Origin: Prorocentrum cordatum
Taxonomy: Eukaryota
Assembly (NCBI GenBank): GCA_963575745.1
Contig: CAUYUJ010000048.1
Location: 310,001 to 374,000 of the forward strand
Length of the DNA: 64,000 nt
Direction of reading: 5' to 3'
In this document: piece after piece, positions 24,229 through 35,500 of the stretch
Numbering within the stretch: the first letter of the stretch is position 1
Layout: each line of letters begins with the position of its first letter
Program-made: the position numbers and the translations under genes
The notes under the pieces: generated by a model
Database searches by the model: none
What the model saw: only the letters and a program-made list of their open reading frames with translations
What the model was told of the DNA's origin: nothing

Positions 24229-25787
24229 AGTGGGGAACGCAGCGACCCCAAATCGCCGAGAGGGGGGACGGAAGCGGTCGGGGGCAACGATTGGGGGGAC
24301 AGGCGTAGGGTTAAGTCGGGCATGTCCCTCTACAGGAGGAATCACCAGATGACATCACACCAGAGAAACCCCAATCAGTGGATGGCTTGATCGATAAGGA
24401 GATCGACTGGGAACCTGGGAACCGGGAACCCACCGAAATCGGCCAGGAACCAGGAACCTGGAACCGGGAACCCAGGAACCCAGGAACCCAGCCGGCCTCG
24501 AAAATCGGCCGGACACTTTCGCCAAATCTTTCAATTTCCGCTAGGACCCCTTCAGTGCAAGCACTAATCTGGGAAAGTAATAGAAAATAGTCTGGGGACG
24601 ATTTTTCTATTATTATTTGCCATCTTGGAGTATTCGCTTTCCTCCAAAATCCGCCTGTAGGGGGACATGTCCGACCTAAGCATAGAGGGGTGGATGCAGC
24701 GACCCCCAATCGCCCACTGATCGCCGATAAGGGCCCGATAGCCCCGACCTGCTCGGGAGGGTGCGGCCCATCCTTTCGCCGATCTATCGGCGATGTATGG
24801 TCGATTCCAGGTCGATGTCTCCCCCCCCATGCCAGTCCCCCCCTGAATCTTTGCCCCCCTCTACAGGAGGAATATTCGAAAATATAGTTTGAAATAGTCA
24901 GGGGGCGACTTTTTGAGTATTCTTGATCCTTTTTTGATTATGTTGGGATGTTTTAAAAACTTTCGTCCAGACTCCGGCTGCAGGGGGACACGCCCGACCT
25001 GACTCTAGTGTCGCATGTTGCTATAGAGGTGCCCCCCGGCCCCAAGGTGCCCCCAGGATTTCCAAGGTCGATGCTGCGCCCCCATGCCTATCCCCCCCTA
25101 TCGCTGCCCCTCAAGCGGAGCGAGAGAAGCCCTCGCGCTGTAAAGTGAAGTCGGGCCTGTCCACAGGAGGAATGTTCACAAAGTGGTCAAAACATAGTCT
25201 GGGGACGATTTCTCGAATCTGTTTGACTATTTCTGATTCTTTTTTGTTATGTTTCGTCCAAGATCCGCCTCTAGGGGGACATGCCCGACGTAATTGCACA
25301 TAGAAATCACGGCGGCAAGAGTTTCGCTATGTTCGGCCTCTGGGGGCCCCTATCGGGCCTCGGGGACCGTCACGAAACGATTCGTGATGAAAGACTGGTC
25401 CCGGGGAATGGCTCCAGACCTCTGGGGGTCGACGTCATGTGCAAAGGTCACGACGTCGGATGTCTGGGTCTGGGGACTCCTGGCATCGCCATGAGAAGGA
25501 CACGGCCGGTCCCGAGCGAAGCGGGTCTTGAGGGGTGTCTTTCGCCGTTTTGTTACCGGTGCCCCAGGGCCCGCCACGGGCCCTGGGAGACTGCCAGGGA
25601 GCGAGGCAGGGCGAAGAACAGGTCCCGGGGGAAGGCCCCGAGGTCCAGTGCGTGTTTGTGTGTGTGCGCGTGTGTGTCTGTGTCTGTGTCCGTGTCCGTG
25701 TCCGTGTCTGTGTCTGTGTCTGTGTCTATGTTTGTATCTGTGTCTGTGTCTGTGTCTGTGTCCGTGTCTGTTTGTGTATGGATTGTT

Positions 25788-25836
<49 letters not shown>

Positions 25837-25887
25837 GCGTGTGCCTGTGTGTGGGTGGCGCGCGGGGGCGGCGCTGGCGCTTGGCAG

Positions 25888-28800
25888 GCCATCCGGGAGG
25901 AGGACTGCGCGGGCGTCGCCGCCTTGCAGGCCCAGGTGGCCCGTCTCACCGACGCGCTGGCGCAGGCGCAGAAGGAGGTCCACACGCTCAGTCTCGCGAA
26001 CGCCCAGCTGTCCGAGGACAGGCGGACCATCGGCGAGCGGCAGCGCGTCGTGGAGTCCGACCGGGTGGAGCTGCAGCTGCAGCTCGTGCAGGCCAGGGCG
26101 GCCGCGGAGCAGAGCGAGAGAGAGCGCAGCAGGCTGCAGGAGGCCGAGGACTCGGCGGGCAGGGCCGGCAGGTTGGGTGCCATTGTCGCGTCCGAGGGGG
26201 AGGCTCGAAGTAGAGAAAACGCGATAAGCATAAACTTTTGGCGCTCCGCGCGGATTTCTTTGATCCGCGCCTGGGCCCCTCTGGCGGCGCCTCCGGCGCC
26301 GCCCCTGGGCGCGCTCCGCGCGCCGGGGAGGGGGATTCGGAGCGGATCCAAGATATCCGCGCGGAGCGCCAAACGTTTCTGTTCATGCCGTCTTCTCTTC
26401 AAGAGGCGCAGCTGCGGGCGTCCGAGCGCGCGAGGGAGGCCGCGGAGGCCGCCGCGGCGGCGCTGAGGCGGGAGCTCCAGGCCGTGGAGGGCCGCGCAGC
26501 GGAGGCCGAGCGCCGGGCGGCGGAGGCGGAGAGCCGCGCGACCGAGGCTGCGGCCGCGGCTGCGGCCGTGGAGCACGCGGGGAGCAGCAGCGCCGCGGCC
26601 GCCGAGGCGCACGCGCTGAGGCTGGAGGTGCAGCTGGCAAGGCGCCGGGCGGAGGAGGCGGAGCGGAGCATGTCGCAGGAGAAAACAGCGGCACGAGCAT
26701 CAACTTTTGGCGCTCCGCGCGGATTTCTCAGATCCGCGCTGGCCCCCCACCCCCCCCCCCGGCGGCGCCTCCAGCGCCGCCCCCGGGCGCGCTCCGCGCG
26801 CCGGGGAGGGGGGGCCCAGCGCGGATCCAAGGAATCCGCGCGGAGAGCGCCAAAAGTTAGTGTTCATGGCGTGCTTTCTTCTTCGAAGCATGGACGCGGG
26901 GCGTGAGGCCGCGAGGCTGCAGGCGACGGTGACGGAGGCTGCGAGCCGCAGCAGCGAGGTTGCCCATCAGCAGGCGAGCGGCGCGGAGCAAAAGATGGGT
27001 TCGGTGGCGCGGCGGCGTGGGCGCGTGAGCTGCTCGCGTGGGGTCGCGCGTGAGCGCCCGCGTGAGCGCCCGCGTAGCCGCTGTCGCGTGCCGCGCCGGC
27101 GGCCCGCGCAGGTCGCCGCGTAAGGTCGCTACGTCATCTCCCGTCCCACACCCCCTCGAGTCATGGAAGAAATCACGACGGGAGGTTTTTTCATTTTTTA
27201 GGCCCCTGGGGGCCCCTACGCGGCCTCGGGACCGTCAAAAGAACTACTCAGGACGAAACATCGGTCCTGGGGAATGAGTCCAAGCCTCTGGGGGTCGACG
27301 TCATGAAAAAAATCATGAAGTCGGGGGTCTGGGTATATGTAGCGTGCCGCGACGGCGGCCTGCGTAGGTCGCCGCGTAAGGTCGCTACTTCATCTTCCAC
27401 ATAAGGACCCGTTTTTGGGCATTGCTCAGGTGGCCGTGGCTCTGGCGGACGTGGGGGCGCGCGTGAGTGTCCCGTGCCGCGCTGGCGGCCCGCGTAGGTC
27501 GCCGCGTAAGGTCGCTAGGTCATCTCCCGCATAAGGATCCGTTTTTGGGCAGGGCTCAGGTGGCCGTGGCTCTGGCGGACGTGGGGGCGCGCGTGAGCGC
27601 CCTCGTATCCACTGTCCCGTGCCGCGCTGGCGGCCCGCGTAGGTCGCCGCGTAAGGTGGCTACGTCATCTCCCGTAGAAGGATCCGTTTTGGGGCGTGGC
27701 CCAGGTGGCCGTGGCTCTGGCGGACGTGGAGAGGCTGAAGCAGGAGCTGCAGGCTGCCGACGGGAGGGCGGCAGACGCGGCAGCCCAGGTGGATCGGTTG
27801 AAGCAGGAGCTCGAAGCTTCGAATCAGAGGGCGGCGTCTGCGGTGGCCCACGTGGAGCAGCTCAAGCGGGAGATGCTGGCCCTGGAGAGGCGCGCCGCGG
27901 CGGCGGACGTGCGCGCTTCGGAGGCCGCGTGCCACCTCACCGCCGTGAAGGCGGAGAAGGAGCGCCGCGTGGCGGAGGCCGAGGCCATCTGCGCGGCCGA
28001 AGCGGAGAGGCTCCACCGAGACATCCAGGCGGGCACGCTGCGTCTTCGGGGGGCCTCGGCCGTCCCCTGTGAGTGGGCACCTCTCGCCTCGGTCCCGTGC
28101 CCGGCGCGGGCTCGGCGCGGATTCGGCGCGGAGTTTTGGCGCGGCTTCGACGCGGGCCCGGCGCGGAGGCGACGCGGAGGCGGCGAGCCCGACGCGGGCC
28201 GTACGCGGACTGGGGCGCGATGGGGCAGGCAAGGCCCCCCGAAGACGCAGCGCACGAAGGTGGCCCAGAGCCATGCCGAGGAGGCTTCAGAAGCCGCGCA
28301 CCTCGCCGCCGCCGCCGAGGCCTCGAAGAAGAAGAAGAAGCACAAAACCCACAAACATAAACTGTGGACGCTCCGCGCGGATTTTTCTTGGATCCTCGGC
28401 GCCTGGGCCCCCAAAAGCGACGCCCCCGGGCGCGCTCCGCGCGCCCAGGGAGGGGGGCCCAGCGCGGATCCAAGGAATCCGCGCGGAGAGCGCCAACAGT
28501 TTGGGCTTGCGTGGCCCGTTCTCTTCCTCCAGCAGAGGCGGAGGCGCAGAGCCAGGTCGCGGAGCTGAGGCAGCGCCTCGCGGCGGCGGAGCGCCGCGCG
28601 GCGGCCGCGGACGCCTGCTCGGAGGAGGCCGCCCGCCGAACAGCTGCCGCGGAGCTCCGCGCGACGGAGGCGGCGGTGGCCGAGTGCAACGCGGCCCAGT
28701 CCGGGTCGGCCATGGTCGAGCGGTTCTCGGGGCTCAAGAGACCCAGGCCCCTCGAGTCATGAAAAAATCGCGACGGGAGTTTTTTCCATTCTTTCGGCCT

Positions 28801-31422
28801 CTGGAGGCCCCTACTGGGCCTCGGGACCGTCAAACAACGACTCGGGATGAAAAACGGGTCCTGGGGAATGGGTCTAAGCCTCTGGGGGTCGACGTCATGA
28901 ATAAAAACCATGACATCGGGAGTCTGGGGACGGGGGGGTCAGTGCGAGCGGGGGGGTCGGCGGCACCCCAACGCATATATACTGTCTGCGCGCCGCGGCC
29001 CCCCCCCCCCCCCCAAGGGCGATGCGCGCACCGAGAACTCTTCTAGTATGTGCGTCGTGGCGGGCGCTTTCCGGCCACTCCGCTCGGGAGACGATCTACT
29101 ACAAGATGGGTATACTATATCCTCGGGTCGGACGCGCGCCTCCAAAGAGACCATATCGCAATAGCATGTCGGTGTGCGTCCCAGGGGTCAGTCAGAGCGC
29201 CGGATCTTGCACGATCCTGCAGGGCCAGGGGTGCACTAGCTGACCCCGGCTTGGGCGCAGGATCCTGCAAGATCTTGCGCGATCCGGCAAGGCCTGACTG
29301 GCCTGGGCCTCGCTTGACCTGGGCCAGCAGATCCCCGAGGTTCCGGCTGGAGATCCAGGCGGCCAAGCGCCAGGCCGCGGAAGCGGAGGCCAGCTCGGCG
29401 AGAGCGGGCGAGGCGGCGCGCTGGCAGGCCTCCCCGGCCCTGGAGGACGCGAGGCTGCCCGTGGCGCTCGAGGCGCTCGAGGCTGCCAGTGGCGCCCCTC
29501 CGCGCCGCCTGCCGCTGGCGGATGCTCTGGGCCCGGGGCAGCACGGCGAGGGCCCGGCGGCCCCGGGGGAGCTGCCGCCGCTGTCGCTGCCGGCCGGCCG
29601 CGGCGCCCTCGTCGTCGAGCCCGGGCCTTCGTCGGTCAGGCTCGTGCCGACCTCGTCGGCGCGGGCGCTGTCGGACGACCTGGCGGCCCAGCAGGCGGCC
29701 GAAGGATCGGGGGTGGCCAGACCTCCTACCCTGACACGTCGATTAAGGAATCGGCCGTTTTTGGTTCGCGAGAGGGCGTCGCGGCCGTCATTTTTGCGGG
29801 TCCAGGTCCGTCGGTTTCGGTCCCAAGCCGTTTTCACTAAGGGGAGGTCTACTAAAGGGAGCTTTGTCTACCGCCGAAAGGAGGGCCGGCGGACGCCGGC
29901 GCTCACGCGCAGCGAGAGGACCAGCTGGGCGCCCTCAGGCTGGAGTTAAGTCGGGCCTGTCCCTCTACAGGAGGAAGATTCCAAAGTAGTCCAATAATAG
30001 TCTGGGGACGATGTTTGGAGCACTCTTTGACTATGTTTGAATATTTTAGGATTTTTTTTATTTTTCGTCCAGTTCCGCCTGTAGGGGGACACGCCCGATC
30101 TAAGGCTGGAGCTGAAGCAGGTGTTCGCGGAGCTGAAGGGCGCCCGCAGCCAGCTGAACCACGAGCAGGACGAGGTCCGGCGACTCGGGCTCCAGTCCGA
30201 CGCGCAGCGGCTCGCCTACTACGAGCTGCAGGTTCAGAAGGCGCAGCTCCGCTCCCGCTTCGAGTCTTTCTCCAAGAACTCGGACATGGAAAGCATGCGC
30301 ATCGCCCTCGCCATGGCAGAGGCCAGCTCGCCCGGCTCGCGGCCCGGTTCGCGGCCCAGCTCGCGGCCGAGCACCGCCCGGGGAGCGCGGAGGTCGGCGG
30401 ACAGGCCCAACTTCCCGACGACCACCACGTATCGGCCGAAGCACGCGCCCGATCGGGAGGCGTCGAAGGAGAAGAAACACAAGTAAACAAGCAGTGGAGG
30501 CCCATGCCAAGAGACACACTGCTTACCTCAAAGGTGCCCTGAGTTTCTTTGGTTTCGATGGTTTTGCTATGGAATGCGCGAAATACCCACACCAACAATT
30601 AATGGACGTCCTGGGGTCTCAGGGTTGGGTTTCTTGTGGAAGGTCTCTTGAGGACTGGCCTCCACCGTACACTTTCACAGCTCCTCGCGGGTGTGCCGGA
30701 TCAGCGCTGGGGCCCCTTGGAGGCGCCCGCTTCGGCGCCGCCCTTGGCGAGCTCCGCGCGCCAGGGATGGGGGCCCCTCCAGCGCAGATCTGAGAAATCC
30801 TCGCGGAGCTCCTCCTCCTCCTCCTCCTCCTCCTCCTCCTCCTCCTCCTTCTCCTCCTCCTCCTCCTCCTCCTCCTCCTCCTCCTCCTCTTTGTTTACGC
30901 CCTTTTGTGGTTTCTCTGAGGCGGGCGTTGCAAGACCGTGGACCCCCCCCGTGATGCGGGGCCGCCCTCTCTGGAACTAGGGGCCTCGGCGAAGCCGCCG
31001 CGGGCGCCGTGAGCCGGCCGCGTGCTGCCCCGGCCCACGACAGCACAGGGCCGCGAGAGGCCCTGGATGTTATCCTTGAGAGTCCGATTGGGCTGACTGG
31101 TTCCTCTCCCCCTCTCCCCTCCCCTCCTTCCGACTCTTCCCGTCGATGGCCGATGGCGCTTTCCGATGCTGGTATTTCCGCGCCGGGCGGCACACTTGTG
31201 GCCCGACGGCCCATCGGCCATCGTGTCGGAGGCGCGTCTTTGGGTTTGGTCCGAAAGTTGACCGCCTCCCATGGGCGGATGCGTAGTGCTGCCTCCCTAC
31301 GAGTGCGGCGGGCGGACGCGTCCGCCGCGTCTTCGAGCCCCGCGGCGAGGAACACGCATGCTGACTCTCCGCTTCTTCATGCACTTGGCATTCCGACCTT
31401 TGCGTCGTTCTCAGGGAGATGA
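25888..31422 (+). CDS. Ala/Glu/Arg-rich coiled-coil protein, 5'-incomplete. Predicted exons: 25888-26202, 26406-~26665, 26889-26973 (or 27003), 27705-28028, 28260-28319, 28538-28722, 29340-29704, 29881-29938, 30105-30404, 30981-31422 (probable extra intron ~31.1-31.26 kb)
   Basis: Heptad-like peptides (LQAQVARLTDALAQAQKEV, DVERLKQELQAADGRAADAAAQVDRLKQEL, LRLELKQVFAELKGARSQLNHEQDEVRRL) join in frame across GC-AG, GT-AG and GA-AG introns with AG|G acceptors. The donor near 26665 is ambiguous. Confidence 0.75.
27040..27730. repeat. ~130-150-bp intronic tandem repeat that copies the exon acceptor
   Basis: aggtcgccgcgtaaggt.gcta occurs 4 times; cag|gtggccgtggctctggcggacgtgg occurs at ~27427, 27557 and 27702. 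Confidence 0.85.
27145..27333 (+). mobile_element. Family C TIR element (~190 bp). Other copies: ~25303-25468, 28742-28928, 32955-33060 (partial), 55246-55422; reversed and interrupted copies 31857-32298 and 49538-49900
   Basis: ccca.accccctcgagtcatg ... catga..tcgggggtctggg with shared ggcctcgggaccgtca and cctctgggggtcgacgtcatg. Confidence 0.88.
29946..30103 (+). mobile_element. Family D TIR element / Introner (~160 bp). Other copies: 24311-24680 (with insert), ~24857-25002, 25146-25293, 34628-34775, 35377-35555, 51194-51358, 61241-61400
   Basis: TIR TTAAGTCGGGC.TGTCCCTCTACAGG ... CCTGTAGGGGGAC..GCCCGACCTAA; AT-rich interior with tagtctggggacga; 8-9 bp TSD (aggctggag here, aggtacgc at 61.2 kb). 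Confidence 0.92.
30491..30650 (+). mobile_element. Family L dispersed repeat; second copy at 33061-33214
   Basis: gcagtggag.cccatgccaaga.acac.ctgctt.cctc...gatggttttgc.atggaa...tggacgtcctggggtctcaggg present in both. Confidence 0.8.
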
Positions 31423-31989
31423 CGGCACGCATACCTGTGCACGCACGGTGAGCTCGTGGCCGGACAAGTGGAGAGACAGAGGGCGAGAGAGAGAGGAAGA
31501 TAGGGAGCAAGTGTGGACTTCTTGATTGCATGGAAGTGGCCTGCCATCGCAGTGCATGCCTCTGCCAGCACAGCGTCTTCGCTCGAGATCAAGCAAGCGG
31601 TTACGCCGTGTTGATCTTGGCGTGAGGTCCAGCTCTGGGCCACGAGCAGGCATGTCTTCGGCCCCTCGGCGCGTGCGGGATAGCGGCATCTCTCTCGCGC
31701 GACCTTGCGACGGGGCCGCGCGGTCTCTGGTGCGCCAGAGACGTACACATTTCGGGCGGTGGCCGCTTACGTCTTGCGACTCTCAGCTCGAAGAACAGAC
31801 CATATAGCCGATCAGATAGCATAGACATGCACGCTCGGATGCCTTCCGGCGCCGCTCCCAGACCCCCGGCGCCATGATTTTCCCATGACGACGACCCCCA
31901 GAGGTCTGGACCCATTCCACGGGACCGGTTTTTCATCTTGATCCGCGTTCTGACGGTCCCGAGGCCCTGAATGGGCCCCCAGAGACCAA

Positions 31990-32244
31990 ATCGGAGCTTC
32001 AGAGACGGGGGTCAATGCAAACGGGGGTCAGCCAGGGCACCAGATCTTGCAGGATCCTGCGAAGACCCCCTCTGGCTGGCCCGGGCTAGCGAGCCGCTCG
32101 TAGCCGCGAGGTGGCCGCGCGAGTTTGGCTGGCACGGGCTGGCGAAGCCCTGCGTCGCAGCCTTCCTTTCTTGCAATGCAGCTTTTCGGTTGCCTGCTGA
32201 CCCACCCGGGTCTGATTGACCCGGGTCAGCAGATCCCCGGCCGA
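31990..32244 (+). mobile_element. Family I element (~255-275 bp), nested in a family C copy; other copies 39925-40200 and partial ~29185-29338
   Basis: gagacgggggtcaatgca.acgggggtcagccagggcaccagatc.tgcaggatcctgcgaagaccccctctggc shared; ends in agatcccc. Confidence 0.85.
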
Positions 32245-32500
32245 ACATCTGGACAAAAACCTCCCGTCGTGATTTTGTTCAGGGCTCGAGGGGGTCTGCA
32301 GGGACGACGAACGAGCAACACGCACCCAGGCCCATACCCACAGGGAGGTCGCTGGGAGGAGGACTGACTATATGGGTATGGGTGCGGGTTGTCGGACCCT
32401 GGGGAACGCTCCCGTAGCGGGGACCCCCCTCCGACAACACGCACCTATGGCCATCTCCGATCCCCCTGTGGGTCTGGGTGTGTGCTGTTGGTGCGTCAAG

Positions 32501-35500
32501 GGAGGCGCCCGACTGCTCGCGGGGGGGGCCCCTCGGCCAGAGAGGGAGGGCAGGAGCCGCAGCCGCAGCCACGACCGGGACCGCGACCGCGGCCGAGGCC
32601 CAGCGCCGCCGCGCGCCAGCGCCGCGCGCGGCCGCGCGGCCGCGGCCGCGACCCCCAGGGGCTCGCCTTCTCTGTGCGGTGTCCCCTGCGGTAGGTTCGC
32701 GTCGTGTCGACCGGCGGCGACCCCGCCGCCGACGTTCAACGTTGAACGCCGACGGCGGCCCAGAATCGGTCGATGTTGAACGATCGGACGTTGCGGAGAC
32801 GGCCGATCGTTCAAGGTTGAACGATCCAGCGCGGTGTCAGGAACCAACGCCAGGGTCGACACGGCACGGACCTGCAGTACATGAGTGGGTGACGTACACC
32901 CAGAGATCCCAAGCGTTGAGCAACATCAAGACGGAGGTGTTTCGCAGCGTTCGGCCTCTATAGGGGCCCTCGCCGGGCCTCGGGACCGTCAGAGAACGGC
33001 TCAGGATGAAACACCGGTCCTGGGGAAGGGGTGGAGACTTCCAGGGGCCCCGGATCTCTGGGCAGTGGAGACCCATGCCAAGAAACACCCTGCTTGCCTC
33101 CAGGGTGCCCTGGGCTTCTTGGTTTCCGATGGTTTTGCGATGGAAAGGGTGGCGTCCTCGCACCAGAATCCCTGGACGTCCTGGGGTCTCAGGGTCGGGT
33201 TTCTTGTGGACGAGGCTTCTGGCGGTCGGGCCCCTACTGTACCACCTGCTGGCGCCGTCCCTCGGCAAGCCCAGCGGGTGGCCCGCGGCAGCGCGCTGCG
33301 CGCCCCACCCCACGACCCTCCTGGCCGGAGAGCTCGCACCCCACCGCATCCGGCAGCGCGGCGCCCCCCTTTTGGACGCTGATCCTCCTCCTCCTCCTCC
33401 TCCTCCTCCTCCTCCTCCTCCTCCTCCTCCTCCTCACGGCGCCGTGGACCGCCCGGCGAGCCGCCCGCTGGGGACGTCGAGGGAAGAGGCCGGCCGGCCA
33501 GCAGGTGCCCCGGGGAAGGCTCCAGCCCCCCCAGGGCCCCCCAGGGGGCCCTCAGAGGCCCTGGGTCGGCCACGCGCAGAGGGGGGGTGGGTGGAGGGGG
33601 AGGGCTTCTCAGGAGTAGCCCTGCCTCTCAGGAGGCGCGGGCCTTCTCGTTAGACGTGAGGCTGGTTCCTTCATGAGGAGCAGCCTCCTTCTCAGAGGCC
33701 TCCCCCCCTCCCCCTACCCCGTCTGTGCGCACCGCCAACTGGGGCCTCACGGGGAGCCACAAGCCCGACGACAAGTGTGCCCTTAGTCTTCCTCTGGCAC
33801 CTTTTTCTTTGATCGTGTATGTCTGCTGTACCCTGGAGGTCCACGCGAGAGGCACGGCCCAGCTGTGTGTTTCATACAACTGACACGATTGTTGGGCCCT
33901 TGCGTCATGAGGGTTTGGTCGTTTGGAGTAGTATTCGCATTGGAGTAGTATTCATATAGCGTATCTCCATGGGGCCTTGGGCATGCGGCGGATGGGCTCA
34001 TGTTCTTGACCCAGGTTCTGGTGGGCATGTTTCTACTGCGTGCGCTCCAACTACTCAGTCCTGCTCGCAGTCCAGGGCGTCGTAAAATTTTGTGTTTTCT
34101 CGTATTCCTGCCCCATGGCCCAGACAGATCGTCCCGGCCCAAGAATCGCGGCGGAAAGATGGTGTCGGGGGCTCCGGTCCTGATTTCTCTCGGTGGCGTT
34201 TTTTTAACGACGTCGGATCTCGTGGTGTGAGACGGCGGAGGCTTAGGATCAGATGCAGTTCTCAATGTGCTCGAAACTTCCAAACCTCTTGGGTCGGACG
34301 AACGGAGACACTTCCAAACCTCTCGGGTCCCACGAACGGAGATTAGGAAAATTGGTGGGTACGACACTTCATGATGCTGCCTCTTCCTCCTCCTCCTCCT
34401 CCTCCTCCTCCCCCTCCTCCTCCTCCTCCTCCTCCTCCTCCTCCATACGTGGCCGTCCCCAGCACTGGGCGGCGCAAGAAACCAGCTGCGTGCAGTTCAT
34501 TCGCGGACCCCCGTTGGCAATACTTTCCCCCCGGAACCCGAACCTCCGACGTCATGATTTGGGCAATCCCGCGGCTTCTTCCCAAGGGACTCCTAGGTTC
34601 ATTTTCGGGCCCCAGGGCCAAACAGAAAAGTCGGGCATGTCCCTCTACGGGAGGCCTATTCAGAAACAGTCAAAAGATAGTCTGGGGCCGATCTTTGACT
34701 ATTAGTTTCGGATATGTTTCGAGTATTGCTTCTTTTTCGTCCAGAATCCGCCTACAGGAGGACATGCCCGACCGAACAATACAAGAAACGATCAGGGACC
34801 GAACACCCCCCCGGGGCGGGGGTGGCGAGACCTCTGAGGTCCATGTGCTGGAACAACTGGAATAACAGATCCGCTCCGATCTGTCGGCTCGGTGCTGGCC
34901 GCTCCCAAAGGAAGGTACCCTACCTCGGAAAGTCGCTCGTCCTCATCATGCGGGTTGACTGTCAGCAGCACCCACTGTCGATGCCGCCCCATGCGGCGCG
35001 CATCTCGACCCGGCCACAGCAGCGGAGGCCGCCAGGTCCGGGACCGCGCCTCGCGTCGTACGACGCAGGGAGCCAAAAGTCGGAGGGCACCAACTATACA
35101 CCTACACCGATCCTGGCCAGGCCGATCCTAGGCCCAGGATCGGTGTATATGCACTCTGCCCAAGGCAGGAGGGCGTATACATAGATCCTGGGCCCAGGGT
35201 GATCCTGGCAAGGATTGGTGTTGGTGTATAGTTCCTGCCTTCCTAAAGAGCGACCGAGCTGTGACGGGAGCACCTCCGCCCCGCAGCCTGCTGGGCCCCC
35301 ACAGCGCCAGCAGAGGCGCACGACCCCTGGCGAGCTGCCTCATTAGGCCACAGCGTGGGCGCCCGGAGGTCTCGAGTTAACGTCGGGCCTGTCCCTCTAC
35401 AGGGGGCATATTCAAACATAGTCAAACATTAGTTAGGGGACGATTTTTTTTTACAAAAAAAAAACGATTTTTCGGGTATTTGTTCATGTATGTTAGGGGC

